A stretch of 27,542 bases of DNA from a virus (IMGVR_UViG_3300018489_000227:1-27542), one strand, 5' to 3'. Shown: positions 17,129-25,918, counted from the first letter of the stretch. The notes: generated from the letters alone by a model not told the origin. A program made the numbers and translations.

Positions 17129-18703
17129 TCAAGGCTGCGTGCTGTGGGCGCTGCCAATCAGCTCGCGGGTGTCGGTCCAAGTTGAAGCCGGCCAGCGCAC
17201 GCCGGTCCATGTCTGGCCTTGCCAGGCGGCGCGGGTACTGAGGACGGGCACGCGTGCGGGAGAAACCTGTGAAGCGGCGCCGACTTCAGCGCTGCGGGTC
17301 AAGAGGCGCAACAGGCTCGGGCGGGCGTCGTCGAAGACATAGGGCAGGTTCTCGGTCAGGCCAGAGATGCAAATTTGCATCTCGGTGAGTGGCCGCCATT
17401 CGATCTCAGCGGCCTCACCCAAAGTGAGATCGCCCAGTTTCGGCAGGGACCGAGTGCGGTACAAGGCGCGACGTGGGGTGCGGCTGTTCACATCGCCCAG
17501 CGTCACCTCGGAGAGCACGACCTGCGCCCGCTGGTACAGGCGCGCACGCCAACCCGCCGCATCGGGCAGCGGGGCATTGCTGGGGCTGTGCTGGCGCACC
17601 AGAAAGCCCCGGTCGAGACTGGGCACCGACTCGCCCAAGGCCCACATTCCCAGCGCCTGATCGGCGCGGGCCTGGACCCGGTGGGTGGATTGCCGATCAT
17701 GCTGGCCTTGCAGCAGCAGGGTTGGCACGACCAAGTCACCCGGATGGCTGCGCGCGAATCGCTCCAGCACCTCCACGCGGATCAGCCGATGTGGCGTTGC
17801 GGACAAGCGGTCACCGCTGCCCAACGCTATCGGTGCGCCCGTCTCCTGCCACGCGAACCTCGGCAGGTTGGCGTTGATGTCACCCAATGGCGTGCTGTCC
17901 GAGAGCACCACCATCGCCCGGCAGAACTTGCGCTCGGGTCGCACCCCAACCGGATCGGGAACGCCCAGCGCATTGGAGAGCGTGAAGAGGTGCGAATGCA
18001 GGATCTCTTCGTTGGGCGTGTGGCCCAGATCGCCCAGGGCCGAGAAGTCGAGCAAATACCGGTCGATCAATCGCGCCACGGCAAAGCGCACCGCTTCTTG
18101 CACGGGAACCACACCGACATCCAAGGGTGGAGTTGCCAATTGGCAACTCCTACCAAACGACAACTTGGTCTGCCCATCCCGCCAGAACACGCCGCTGTGA
18201 TCCGAGAGCAGCGCTTCGCCCAGTCGACTCTCGTCCAGCACAAGCCGGCGCAAGTCCCAACCGTGATAAATGCGTGACAGTCTGGATCTGGCCGGTGCCG
18301 ATAGCCGGGCAATGGCGATCATGTTTGCAATCGCCGTGTCACTGTCGAGCACTTGTCCAGGATCGAGCTGAAACTCGGCGAAGTGAACACCGGGCGGTTC
18401 CTGCTCAACAGTGGCGCGCATCCCGATCCAGGACAAGGCGGTCGCCAGTGCGGCCGGTGTGCCACGCAGTCGCTGCCAGAGGATGCCCTCGGAGATGGCG
18501 CGGCGCGGCTCCGGCAAATATGGCAGCAATTCGCCGAGGCCATACTCCCAGATTAACCAGGGCAGCAGCGGGTCAGACGGATCGGTCTTGAACTGGCGGA
18601 TGGCATCTGCCGGCAGTGCCAGCCGGGACAGCGGATCGGTCGCAAGGGATAGCGCCTGCTCCAGAGGTGTGGCATTGGCTGGCAGCAAATGGTCAGCGGT
18701 CAT
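17129..18703 (-). CDS. Tail protein I (P2 gpI-like) with long C-terminal extension
   Basis: HLLPANATPLEQALS...LLPWLIWEYGL...RGTPAAL..ALSWIG...PARSRLSRI; ATG 18703 with GGAGG. Confidence 0.85.
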   Translation of the reverse strand: MTADHLLPANATPLEQALSLATDPLSRLALPADAIRQFKTDPSDPLLPWLIWEYGLGELLPYLPEPRRAISEGILWQRLRGTPAALATALSWIGMRATVEQEPPGVHFAEFQLDPGQVLDSDTAIANMIAIARLSAPARSRLSRIYHGWDLRRLVLDESRLGEALLSDHSGVFWRDGQTKLSFGRSCQLATPPLDVGVVPVQEAVRFAVARLIDRYLLDFSALGDLGHTPNEEILHSHLFTLSNALGVPDPVGVRPERKFCRAMVVLSDSTPLGDINANLPRFAWQETGAPIALGSGDRLSATPHRLIRVEVLERFARSHPGDLVVPTLLLQGQHDRQSTHRVQARADQALGMWALGESVPSLDRGFLVRQHSPSNAPLPDAAGWRARLYQRAQVVLSEVTLGDVNSRTPRRALYRTRSLPKLGDLTLGEAAEIEWRPLTEMQICISGLTENLPYVFDDARPSLLRLLTRSAEVGAASQVSPARVPVLSTRAAWQGQTWTGVRWPASTWTDTRELIGSAHSTQP

Positions 18704-18744
18704 GTGCCCTCCACGCATGTGGTGAAATGGGAAGGCGCGAAGCG

Positions 18745-19587
18745 CTATCGATCCCGCCCCGCAAATTCCAGATTCAGATTAATCAGCCGCACCGCCTGGT
18801 TGGCGTTGGCACTAATGTCGGTCGTCGGCGCGAGCAACTCGACCTTGTGCACGCCGGGACGCTGAAGCTCGCCGATCACCCAGGATCGCGTCAGATCCCA
18901 GCCCAGGCCAGACTGCTCAGCCAATGCTTCTTTGAAGCTGGGTACGATGGCGTCGAAGGCGGCCATCGGTGTGTCGGGATAGAGCCAGATCCTGGCGACC
19001 ACGGTGACGGGGATCAACTCGGCCGGCACCACCTCGACGGTGTCGGTCAGCACCCGGATGTCGTCGCGCAGCACCACGGCGCGAACGGCATCGAGCACCG
19101 CATCCGGGACGGTGTCTGCTTCACCATTGGCTAGAACGCTGATGCGAACACGCCCGGGTTCCGGGCTGTCGACCTCGACATCGGCCACCTCTGGAGAGGC
19201 CGAGAGCGCCCAGTAGCGGTAGTGCGCTGCCCCACCGGCATTGGCAAAGCCGATGATGCGTTGGCGGGTGCGCAGCCGAAGGGCCTCGTCATCTTCTGCT
19301 GCGAGTCGCTCGACACCATAGAAGGCGGCCAGATGGTCGAGATCGCTGCCGGTGGCAAAGGCCAGGAGTGATGCCTTGGCCGCTGCGTTGATGCGGTTCC
19401 TGAGCAGCACCTCCCGGTAAGCCGCGACCTCCAGGAGCTTCACGGCCGGGTCCGAGGCCAGGAGGGCCGAGTAGTTCGGGTAGCGGGATTGAAACTCCGT
19501 CTGCAGTTCCGAGAAGATCGTCTCGAAGGACAAGGTCTCGATCACCGCCGGGGTCGGCAGACTCGCCAGATCACTGAGCGCCGTCAT
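18745..19587 (-). CDS. Baseplate assembly protein J
   Basis: DLASLPTPAVIETLSFETI...SDPAVKLLEVAAYRE...FATGSDLDHLAA...EDDEALR.R...AGGAAHYRYWALSA. Confidence 0.95.
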   Translation of the reverse strand: MTALSDLASLPTPAVIETLSFETIFSELQTEFQSRYPNYSALLASDPAVKLLEVAAYREVLLRNRINAAAKASLLAFATGSDLDHLAAFYGVERLAAEDDEALRLRTRQRIIGFANAGGAAHYRYWALSASPEVADVEVDSPEPGRVRISVLANGEADTVPDAVLDAVRAVVLRDDIRVLTDTVEVVPAELIPVTVVARIWLYPDTPMAAFDAIVPSFKEALAEQSGLGWDLTRSWVIGELQRPGVHKVELLAPTTDISANANQAVRLINLNLEFAGRDR

Positions 19588-19923
19588 TCACACCTCCACT
19601 GCTGTGAGCACCGTGGCATGGCCATCGGGCAGATAAATGCCTTCCAGATCGAGCACGACTTGACCGACTTCTGCTTTGGCGATACGCACGCGGGTGAGCT
19701 TGAACCTTGGCTCCCATCGCGCCAGCGCCTCTGCGGTGGCCGAGTACAGATCCATGGCCAACCTCGGGGTCATGGGGTTGTCGACCAAGTCGGGCAGGCG
19801 TGAGCCATAGTCACGACGCATCACGCGGGTGCCGATGCGGGTGGCCAGGATGTCGCGGATACTCTGGCGTAGGTGGTCGATGCCAGCCAGGGGCTGGCCG
19901 GTTTTGGCATTGATTCCGAGCAT
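19588..19923 (-). CDS. Baseplate wedge protein W (GPW/gp25 family)
   Basis: GINAKTG..LAGIDHLRQSIRDILATRIGTRVMRRDYGSRLPDLVD...ALARWEPR. Confidence 0.95.
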   Translation of the reverse strand: MLGINAKTGQPLAGIDHLRQSIRDILATRIGTRVMRRDYGSRLPDLVDNPMTPRLAMDLYSATAEALARWEPRFKLTRVRIAKAEVGQVVLDLEGIYLPDGHATVLTAVEV

Positions 19924-19945
19924 CGCAGAGACCCATTCATCAAGA

Positions 19946-19969
19946 TAAATGCGCAAATTTGCGCAATTA
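19946..19969. repeat. AT-rich intergenic palindrome between V and W
   Basis: TGCGCAAATTTGCGCA (19950-19965) is a perfect 16-bp palindrome, extendable to 24 bp with one mismatched pair. Confidence 0.75.
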
Positions 19970-19977
19970 CGTCACTC

Positions 19978-20640
19978 TCAATGCGAGTGGTGATTCGAGT
20001 TGCCGCCTGCATCCAGGATGGAGCCAGTGGCCGAGATATTGCCGTTGACCTGAATATCACCTTCGATACTCGCGCCCGCACCGCCACCGCCTTTACCGAC
20101 CAATCCTTTGAGGTAGGTGAATAGCTTTTTAACCAGCACGGTTCCGGTGAAGGTGCTCTCAGCGGCATCGACCAAGAACTTTGGAGTGGCGAGCGTCGTT
20201 CCATCATCGCGCAGTTCCAGTCGCGTCTGGCCAATCTCCAGCACGATCTTGCCGCCTGCAGGCACGGCCAAGCGCCAGTGATGCTGTGCCCGGTCGTACT
20301 CCATCACCGCCCCGTCCTTGTACAGGGTGCGAGAAACGTCTGCTGAATCGGCCGGGGCTGGATGCTCGCTGCGATAGATCGAACCGACCACTACACCTTG
20401 GTTGAGATCGCCACCAGGGGCGACCAGCAACACTTGCTCACCGGGCTCTGGCGGATGCCAGGTTCGGTCGAGACCTGCACGCAGCGTCGCAAAGGGTAAC
20501 CAGCCGGTGGTGATGGGGCCGGCCTGCACCCGCACGCGAGCACGCGCGGTGTCGAGCGCCACCACCTGGCCCATCAGTGCCACATTGCTGATGCGCCGCT
20601 CGGCCTCGGTCATGTCCTGGTGCAGGTTGCGCTCGGTCAT
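19978..20640 (-). CDS. Baseplate central spike protein V
   Basis: GQVVALD..RARVRVQAG.ITTGWLP...PEPGEQVLL..PGGDLNQG...DGAVMEYD; ends NHHSH (HxH metal-binding apex). Confidence 0.95.
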   Translation of the reverse strand: MTERNLHQDMTEAERRISNVALMGQVVALDTARARVRVQAGPITTGWLPFATLRAGLDRTWHPPEPGEQVLLVAPGGDLNQGVVVGSIYRSEHPAPADSADVSRTLYKDGAVMEYDRAQHHWRLAVPAGGKIVLEIGQTRLELRDDGTTLATPKFLVDAAESTFTGTVLVKKLFTYLKGLVGKGGGGAGASIEGDIQVNGNISATGSILDAGGNSNHHSH

Positions 20641-21197
20641 GGGCCTGGCTCCCTGTAGTGCGTGCCAACCGGCTGATAGCTGTGCTCATGGCTCACGCCG
20701 ATGTCCGGCACCCAACTCACCAGCACCTGAAGAGGCAGCGGCAGCACACCGTCATCGATCACAGGCTTGGTCCAGTAGCTGACCTCGAACGACAATCGAG
20801 CGGCCAACACTGGCGTGTCGCCCTCGCCGCCCTGATCGACCTCGGTGCGGGTGAGGCGCGTGCCTTCGACCAGCAGACCCAAGGTTTCGTCGGCATCGAG
20901 GATGGCTTCCACCGCCTGCGCCAGCAGATCAGCCTCATCAGCCGCAGCCTCGCCACTGGCGATGATCTCCACCGATAGTTCGAGCTTGCGATAACGCAGT
21001 CCCGGATCAGCGTTGGGCTGCTCCTCGATGCGCTCGTCGCGGGTGTAGATCAGGATGGCCGGCAACTTGCCGGCAAACAGCGGTGTACTGCGGTGGATGC
21101 TGATGCGCGCGGCGGTGATGCGCGGGTCAATGGCCGGCAACTGCGCTACAAGACGTTCCTTGACTGCCTCACGGATCAGGGTGCGTGGATGCTTCAT
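20637..21197 (-). CDS. Tail completion / terminator-like neck protein
   Basis: HPRTLIREAVKERL...LPAILIYTRDE...LELSVEI...ADLLAQAVEAIL; position between the head-closure gene and V. Confidence 0.7.
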   Translation of the reverse strand: MKHPRTLIREAVKERLVAQLPAIDPRITAARISIHRSTPLFAGKLPAILIYTRDERIEEQPNADPGLRYRKLELSVEIIASGEAAADEADLLAQAVEAILDADETLGLLVEGTRLTRTEVDQGGEGDTPVLAARLSFEVSYWTKPVIDDGVLPLPLQVLVSWVPDIGVSHEHSYQPVGTHYREPGP

Positions 21198-21522
21198 GGC
21201 CACCCCATTTGTGCAGCATCAGTTTCAGAAAGCCGTGCCCATCGGGTCGCACGTCGACGATCAGGTAGAGCACACCTTGCACCGTGACGGAATCACCTTC
21301 GGTCGGGGTAGCCGGCAGATCTGCCTGTCGCACCTCGAGCACCGGCTGGACCGTGGACACCGGCACGCCCGTGCTGGCATCCACGTCCTGGTGGATGGCG
21401 GTAAAGACACACGTGCCATCGATGGGTGCGGCCTGCCCATCAATATGAAACACCACCGGCTCACCAAAGGTGGTGAGCACGATGGATGACATGGCACTGG
21501 TCAGGTCACCGAAGAAGGTCAT
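21169..21522 (-). CDS. Head-tail joining / head closure protein (lambda FII-like)
   Basis: FGEPVVF...VSTVQPVLEVRQADLP..PTEGDSVTV.GVLYLIVDVRPDGHG; directly after the capsid gene. Start could also be GTG 21531. Confidence 0.75.
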   Translation of the reverse strand: MTFFGDLTSAMSSIVLTTFGEPVVFHIDGQAAPIDGTCVFTAIHQDVDASTGVPVSTVQPVLEVRQADLPATPTEGDSVTVQGVLYLIVDVRPDGHGFLKLMLHKWGGHEASTHPDP

Positions 21523-21527
21523 GACGA

Positions 21528-22556
21528 TCACCAGCCATTGCTCGAATGCAGCCGCACCGTGAGTGCCGGACGTTTCACAATCGGCAGCGGGTTGGACTGG
21601 GTGTAGATGTCGATGCCGGTACCGTTTTGGCGCGCAAGCTGGTGGGCGTAGAGCTCCTGTCCGTAGGTTCCAACGGCTTCCATCAGGTTCGCGGGCGCGA
21701 AGTAGGTGCGGAAGGTGTCGAAGGTGCCCAGCGGAAACGCGATGCCCTCTTTCTCCGGGATGAGCCGCACGGTATCACCCGTGGAGAGCGTGACCGTGCC
21801 GAAATACTCCTCGAACAAAATCGAGCCAAATCGAAAGCCCCGGCGCACATCGTCCTTCAGGGGGTTGGTGCCGGCCGTGCCCTGGGCGAAGGTGTAGGCC
21901 TTCTCCACCGAGGTGTGCGTCACCAGCTTGTCGAAGAACTCAGGGCTGACCAAGGCATGCAGACTGGTCATCATCTCGCCCTTGAGGCTGGACTCGATGT
22001 GGCGGGCCACCTCGGTGCAGCGGATCACGAGATCCTTGTCGTCAGCGAACTTGAAGTCGACCGACTTCTTGGTCAGGCCAAAGGCGGTGTGCCAGTCGTA
22101 AAGGACATTGCCGGCGCCGTCCTTGGTGACACCGAGCAAGGCATTCACGCGCATGTACTCCAGCGTCTGCGCGTGTTTCGCACGCATCCGGGCGAGCTTG
22201 CGGGTCATCACGGTGACCAGCGGGTCTTCTCCGGCCGCCAGGCCAAGCCCCCGGATGCCCTGGATCTCCTCGGGCAGCACCACATCGTTGTGCGGGATAT
22301 GGGGAACGGCAAACGAGCGCACCTCGCGCTTGTCGGTGGTGCCGACGGTGGCTGGGGCCCCAACCGCCACTGCGGGCAGCAAGCGCAACTCACCCTCGAT
22401 GGACTCGATGGTGACGTTGCGCTGGGAAATGGGCTCGGGTGCAAACAGCCCCAGCTGGCCGACACGACCATAGGGGTTGGGCAGCATCTGGATGGCAGCC
22501 GACATCTCGGCCAGCGTGAAGCCGCCGGCATCGAAGGGATTGACGATTACGGTCAT
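21528..22556 (-). CDS. Major capsid protein (lambda gpE family)
   Basis: FTLAEMSAAIQMLPN...VPHIPHNDVVLPEEIQGIR...TLEYMRVNALLG...GFRFGSILFEEY...QSNPLPIVKRP; ATG 22556 with AGGAG. Confidence 0.95.
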   Translation of the reverse strand: MTVIVNPFDAGGFTLAEMSAAIQMLPNPYGRVGQLGLFAPEPISQRNVTIESIEGELRLLPAVAVGAPATVGTTDKREVRSFAVPHIPHNDVVLPEEIQGIRGLGLAAGEDPLVTVMTRKLARMRAKHAQTLEYMRVNALLGVTKDGAGNVLYDWHTAFGLTKKSVDFKFADDKDLVIRCTEVARHIESSLKGEMMTSLHALVSPEFFDKLVTHTSVEKAYTFAQGTAGTNPLKDDVRRGFRFGSILFEEYFGTVTLSTGDTVRLIPEKEGIAFPLGTFDTFRTYFAPANLMEAVGTYGQELYAHQLARQNGTGIDIYTQSNPLPIVKRPALTVRLHSSNGW

Positions 22557-22570
22557 GGGAGAACTCCTGT

Positions 22571-22963
22571 TCAAGCCGTGGCGCGCACGACGATGCCGTG
22601 AGCAGCCAGTTGCTGGTGTTTGAGGGATTGGGCGGCGGCATCCGTGATCGAGGCATCGAAAGCCAGCGCACGGTCAGCGACGATCACCTGGCCGCGCGCG
22701 AGCACGACGGCCTGGGTGTCGGTGGCGCTTGCGGCGACCGGGTGCAGCAGCACGGCCGAGGCAATTTCGGAACCCTCGATACCTGTGGTCGAGGCGGCCG
22801 GCGAGAAGGCATAGACGCCCGTGGCGGTGATGCGACCGAGCACGGCACCCAACGGATAGGCGGAGCCCGCCTTCACGGTCACGGTCTCGCGGGTGTAGTC
22901 CGGGTCGGCCTCGCGCTTGATAAGGTCACCCAGGGTGGATGGAGAAATCAAAGGTGTGCTCAT
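22571..22963 (-). CDS. Head decoration protein (lambda gpD family)
   Basis: LGDLIKRE...YTRETVTV..G..LGAVLGRITATG...GSEIASAVLL...LAAHGIVVR; between protease and capsid. Confidence 0.9.
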   Translation of the reverse strand: MSTPLISPSTLGDLIKREADPDYTRETVTVKAGSAYPLGAVLGRITATGVYAFSPAASTTGIEGSEIASAVLLHPVAASATDTQAVVLARGQVIVADRALAFDASITDAAAQSLKHQQLAAHGIVVRATA

Positions 22964-23343
22964 TTACGACCTCCATAGGCTTGGGCCGCTTTGACCAATG
23001 GGCTGTCAGCGACGGATTTGGGTTTGGTTTGGGGTTGCTGCGGAGCATCGGCAACGATGTCTTGCGCCACATCGCGCTCAGCGGCCTGCTTCAGCACCGA
23101 CTGACGCAGCGCATCCGGTGTGACACCACGGGCCAGCGCCTGGGCCGGATCGACAGTTACACCGAGGCGTTTGGCCTGTGCTGCGATCTCGGTCAGCTCT
23201 TCGAGTTGGCGGCGCAGTCGCTGCTCGACCTGGGCGGTGATGGCCGCTTCATCGAGCGGCGGGGTTTGCGGTGGCTGCACCTGGGTCGTGGATGTGTTCT
23301 CTTGGTCGTCATCCACCGGCGTGACGATGTTGTGATCATTCAT
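22960..23343 (-). CDS. Nested in-frame scaffolding protein (lambda Nu3-like), 127 aa
   Basis: Internal AGGAG-N7-ATG at 23343, in frame with the protease (918 nt downstream); product MNDHNIVTPVDDDQEN... is acidic and helical. Confidence 0.65.
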   Translation of the reverse strand: MNDHNIVTPVDDDQENTSTTQVQPPQTPPLDEAAITAQVEQRLRRQLEELTEIAAQAKRLGVTVDPAQALARGVTPDALRQSVLKQAAERDVAQDIVADAPQQPQTKPKSVADSPLVKAAQAYGGRK

Positions 23344-24261
23344 GGAGATCTCCTGTGGGGAAGAAGTAGTACGGGATGCCGACAGTGCGGCGGACTTGGT
23401 GCGCAGACTGCGGCTGGCAAACATCGCCAGCTGGCGTTGCAGGGCGGCGATCGCTTCGGAACGGGTGCCAATCTGATCGGCGAGACCCACCTGGAGGGCG
23501 GCCTCACCGCGATAGACGCGGGCCTCGGTGTCACGAATCGCCTCGGGTGTGAGGCGCCGAAACCCGGCGACCAAGGCGATGAACTGGTCGTGAAGCTGCT
23601 CGATGTCGGTCTGGATGTCGGCGGCCACTGGTTCCGGAAGCGGTGCGTGCGGATGTCCATCGACCTTGTGGGCTCCGGCGTGCAGGAAGGTGTAGTTGAG
23701 CCCCGCATTCGCATCGGCCACCGACTCATCGACGTGCACCGCTACCACGCCAATCGATCCGACCTCAGCGGTGCGGGTCAGCCACACTCGGTCAGCGGCA
23801 CAGGCAATGGCGTAGGCCGCTGACAGCGCGGCCTCATCGGCAATCGCCCAGAGCGGCTTTCCAGATGTCTTGGACAATGCACGCAATCGCTGCGCCAGGT
23901 CGAACACGCCGCCAGCCTCGCCGCCACTGGAGTCGATCTCAAGCAGCACCGCCTTCACCATCGGGTCTGCAAAGGCTGCTTCGGACATGGAATCGATGTC
24001 GTGGTAGCTGGTGAGGCCACTGACAGCGCCTAGATAACTGGAGCGCCGCACCAGGGTGCCGAGAACAGGCAGGACGGCGATGCCATCCTGAATCTGTAGG
24101 CTACCGCTAATGCCTGCATCGACCGTGGCCGGGGGTGGCGTTGGCAGGGTGTCGCCGGCCAGCTTCCTCGCCACCACCCCGAGGATGACTTCGAGTTTGG
24201 GGCGCGCAATCAGGAGCGGTGTTCCGTACAGGCGGGAGGCCAGGTAAGGCAAATCGGTCAT
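22960..24261 (-). CDS. Prohead maturation protease, S49 family (lambda gpC-like)
   Basis: LLEIDSSGGEAGG, ALSAAYAIA, VGSIGVV, GAHKVDGHPH and GLADQIG motifs. Confidence 0.95.
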   Translation of the reverse strand: MTDLPYLASRLYGTPLLIARPKLEVILGVVARKLAGDTLPTPPPATVDAGISGSLQIQDGIAVLPVLGTLVRRSSYLGAVSGLTSYHDIDSMSEAAFADPMVKAVLLEIDSSGGEAGGVFDLAQRLRALSKTSGKPLWAIADEAALSAAYAIACAADRVWLTRTAEVGSIGVVAVHVDESVADANAGLNYTFLHAGAHKVDGHPHAPLPEPVAADIQTDIEQLHDQFIALVAGFRRLTPEAIRDTEARVYRGEAALQVGLADQIGTRSEAIAALQRQLAMFASRSLRTKSAALSASRTTSSPQEISMNDHNIVTPVDDDQENTSTTQVQPPQTPPLDEAAITAQVEQRLRRQLEELTEIAAQAKRLGVTVDPAQALARGVTPDALRQSVLKQAAERDVAQDIVADAPQQPQTKPKSVADSPLVKAAQAYGGRK

Positions 24262-24270
24262 ATGGATTCC

Positions 24271-25706
24271 TCAGTTCGATGGGGCTGGGGATGGCGTCGG
24301 AACCGGTACAGGCTCACGCCCAAAGGAGAGCCCCAGGCTGTCCTCGCGTCGGTGGTCGCCTGCGATCTCGGCATCGACCATCGCGGCATCAAAGCCGCGC
24401 TCGGCAATCGCCTGGGTGCGCGACTTGAGCCCGGCCTCGATGGCGTTGATCTCGGCGCGGATGTCTTTGAGCGGATCAACCCAGTCCCAGCGCGGTGGCA
24501 GCCAGTTGCAGTCCAGATAGTCGGCGCGACGAGATTCGTAGTCCGGCAGGTCCAGTTGCCCTGAGAGCACCGCCGTATCCATCCAGCGCGCCCAGACGGC
24601 GCGGCACATCTGAAACACCAGCACCGAGTGTTGGAAGGCTTCGATGCGCCGGCGAAACTCGAGCAAGGCAGCCCGGGTGTTCGAGTAGTTGGCCTTCAAC
24701 ATATCCGCCGACAGGTTCGCGTAGGGCAAGCCAAGCGCGGCGGACACCTGCAATAGCGTCCGGTACTGGAAGCTCTCGTAGTTGCCACCGACATCGGCTG
24801 GGGTCGAGAAGGTGATGTCCTCACCGTCGTCCAGGATCTGCAGTTGCCCTGGTTCGAGCGGCAGCAGCGGCTCGCCCCGGTCATCGGTCTCACCCCCGTT
24901 GTCGAAATCCCGCTCCGGCCGACGCACAAAACCCACAAACATCGCCGCGACCTTCTTGCGGTCGAGCTCGGCATCGTCGTACTGGTCGAGTAGAAAGAGC
25001 TTCACCAGCGCCGAAGAAAACCGCGACACGCCCCGGAGTTGCCCTGCATCCACCGGATCAACGATGTGCAGCACCGATTCGGCAGGAACACGCACCGTCT
25101 CACCGGCCAGGCCAGGATCGGTGATGTCACCAGGGTGGCGGCGCAGGAAGTGGTAGGCCACGCGCCGGCCGATGCGGTCGAACTCGATGCCCTGGCGGAT
25201 TCGGTTGCCGTTGTCGAGTGCCTGGTTGTGGTTCAAGGGCAGCATCTCGGCTGGGAGCATCTGCAACTGCAGCGGGACGGACAGCCCGTCTTCTGGAAGA
25301 CGCGATCGAATCCGAAAAACACCTCCCCGGCGATGAACAGTTCCCGTGCGGCCCGGCGCTGCTGGCCATAGAAATCCGTCATCCATTCGGCGTCCGACTC
25401 GTCGGTCCAGCGCAGCCACAGCCTTTGCACCCGGTCCTTGAGCACTGCATCACCGATCCCCGACGAGGGTTTGATGCCGGTGCCAACCGCATTGCCGGCC
25501 CACGACTCGACCGCATTGGCGGCATAGCCGTTGTTGCGGATGAGATACCGGGCCCGCGCGGTCATGTCGGCCCCAGCCGCCTGGATCAGCGTGTTGACGT
25601 GCGCGCGGCTGGCGTGAAACGTCTTGAGTCGGCGGGCGGACAGACCGCCCTCGAAGCCGCCGATCATCGCCCCTACTTTGCGGCGCAGGTTCTGGAATGC
25701 CTTCAT
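24271..25706 (-). pseudogene. Portal protein (lambda gpB family), split by a 1-nt frameshift near 25313-25320
   Basis: N-terminal frame (ARARYLIRNNGYAANAV...ELFIAGEVFF) and C-terminal frame (RIRSRLPEDGL..PLQLQML...RGVSRF...ANYSNTRAALLEF...WVDPLKD) join into about 478 aa if one base is added at GTG TTT TTC GGA. Confidence 0.88.
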
Positions 25707-25918
25707 CACAGTCCCTTCCCGGCGTAAGTGCGGATGCGCCGGGCGCGCGGTCGGCCTTCTGCCTTGGCGATCTCACGATCCAGGTCACCCAGGGCCGACT
25801 GCAGTTCGGCATCGGACTTGTAGGTCACCCACTTGTCACCGGCCTTCACGGTGAGCACCCCATTGAAGCGCGCAGCCTGCAGGGCTTCCCGCTGGGCCTT
25901 GAGTTGTTCGAGGGTCAT
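25706..25918 (-). CDS. Head-tail joining protein (lambda gpW-like), 70 aa
   Basis: MTLEQLKAQREALQAARFNGVLTVKAGDKWVTYKSDAELQSALGDLDREI...KGL; between terminase and portal, TGATG overlap with portal. Confidence 0.88.
   Translation of the reverse strand: MTLEQLKAQREALQAARFNGVLTVKAGDKWVTYKSDAELQSALGDLDREIAKAEGRPRARRIRTYAGKGL

Noticed and set aside
17112-19940. 11-bp inverted match GACCCATTCAT in two intergenic gaps (17112-17122 and 19930-19940) as an invertible segment
   Set aside because: Too short to stand out in 27 kb, no invertase present, and inversion would flip the essential W-J-I genes.
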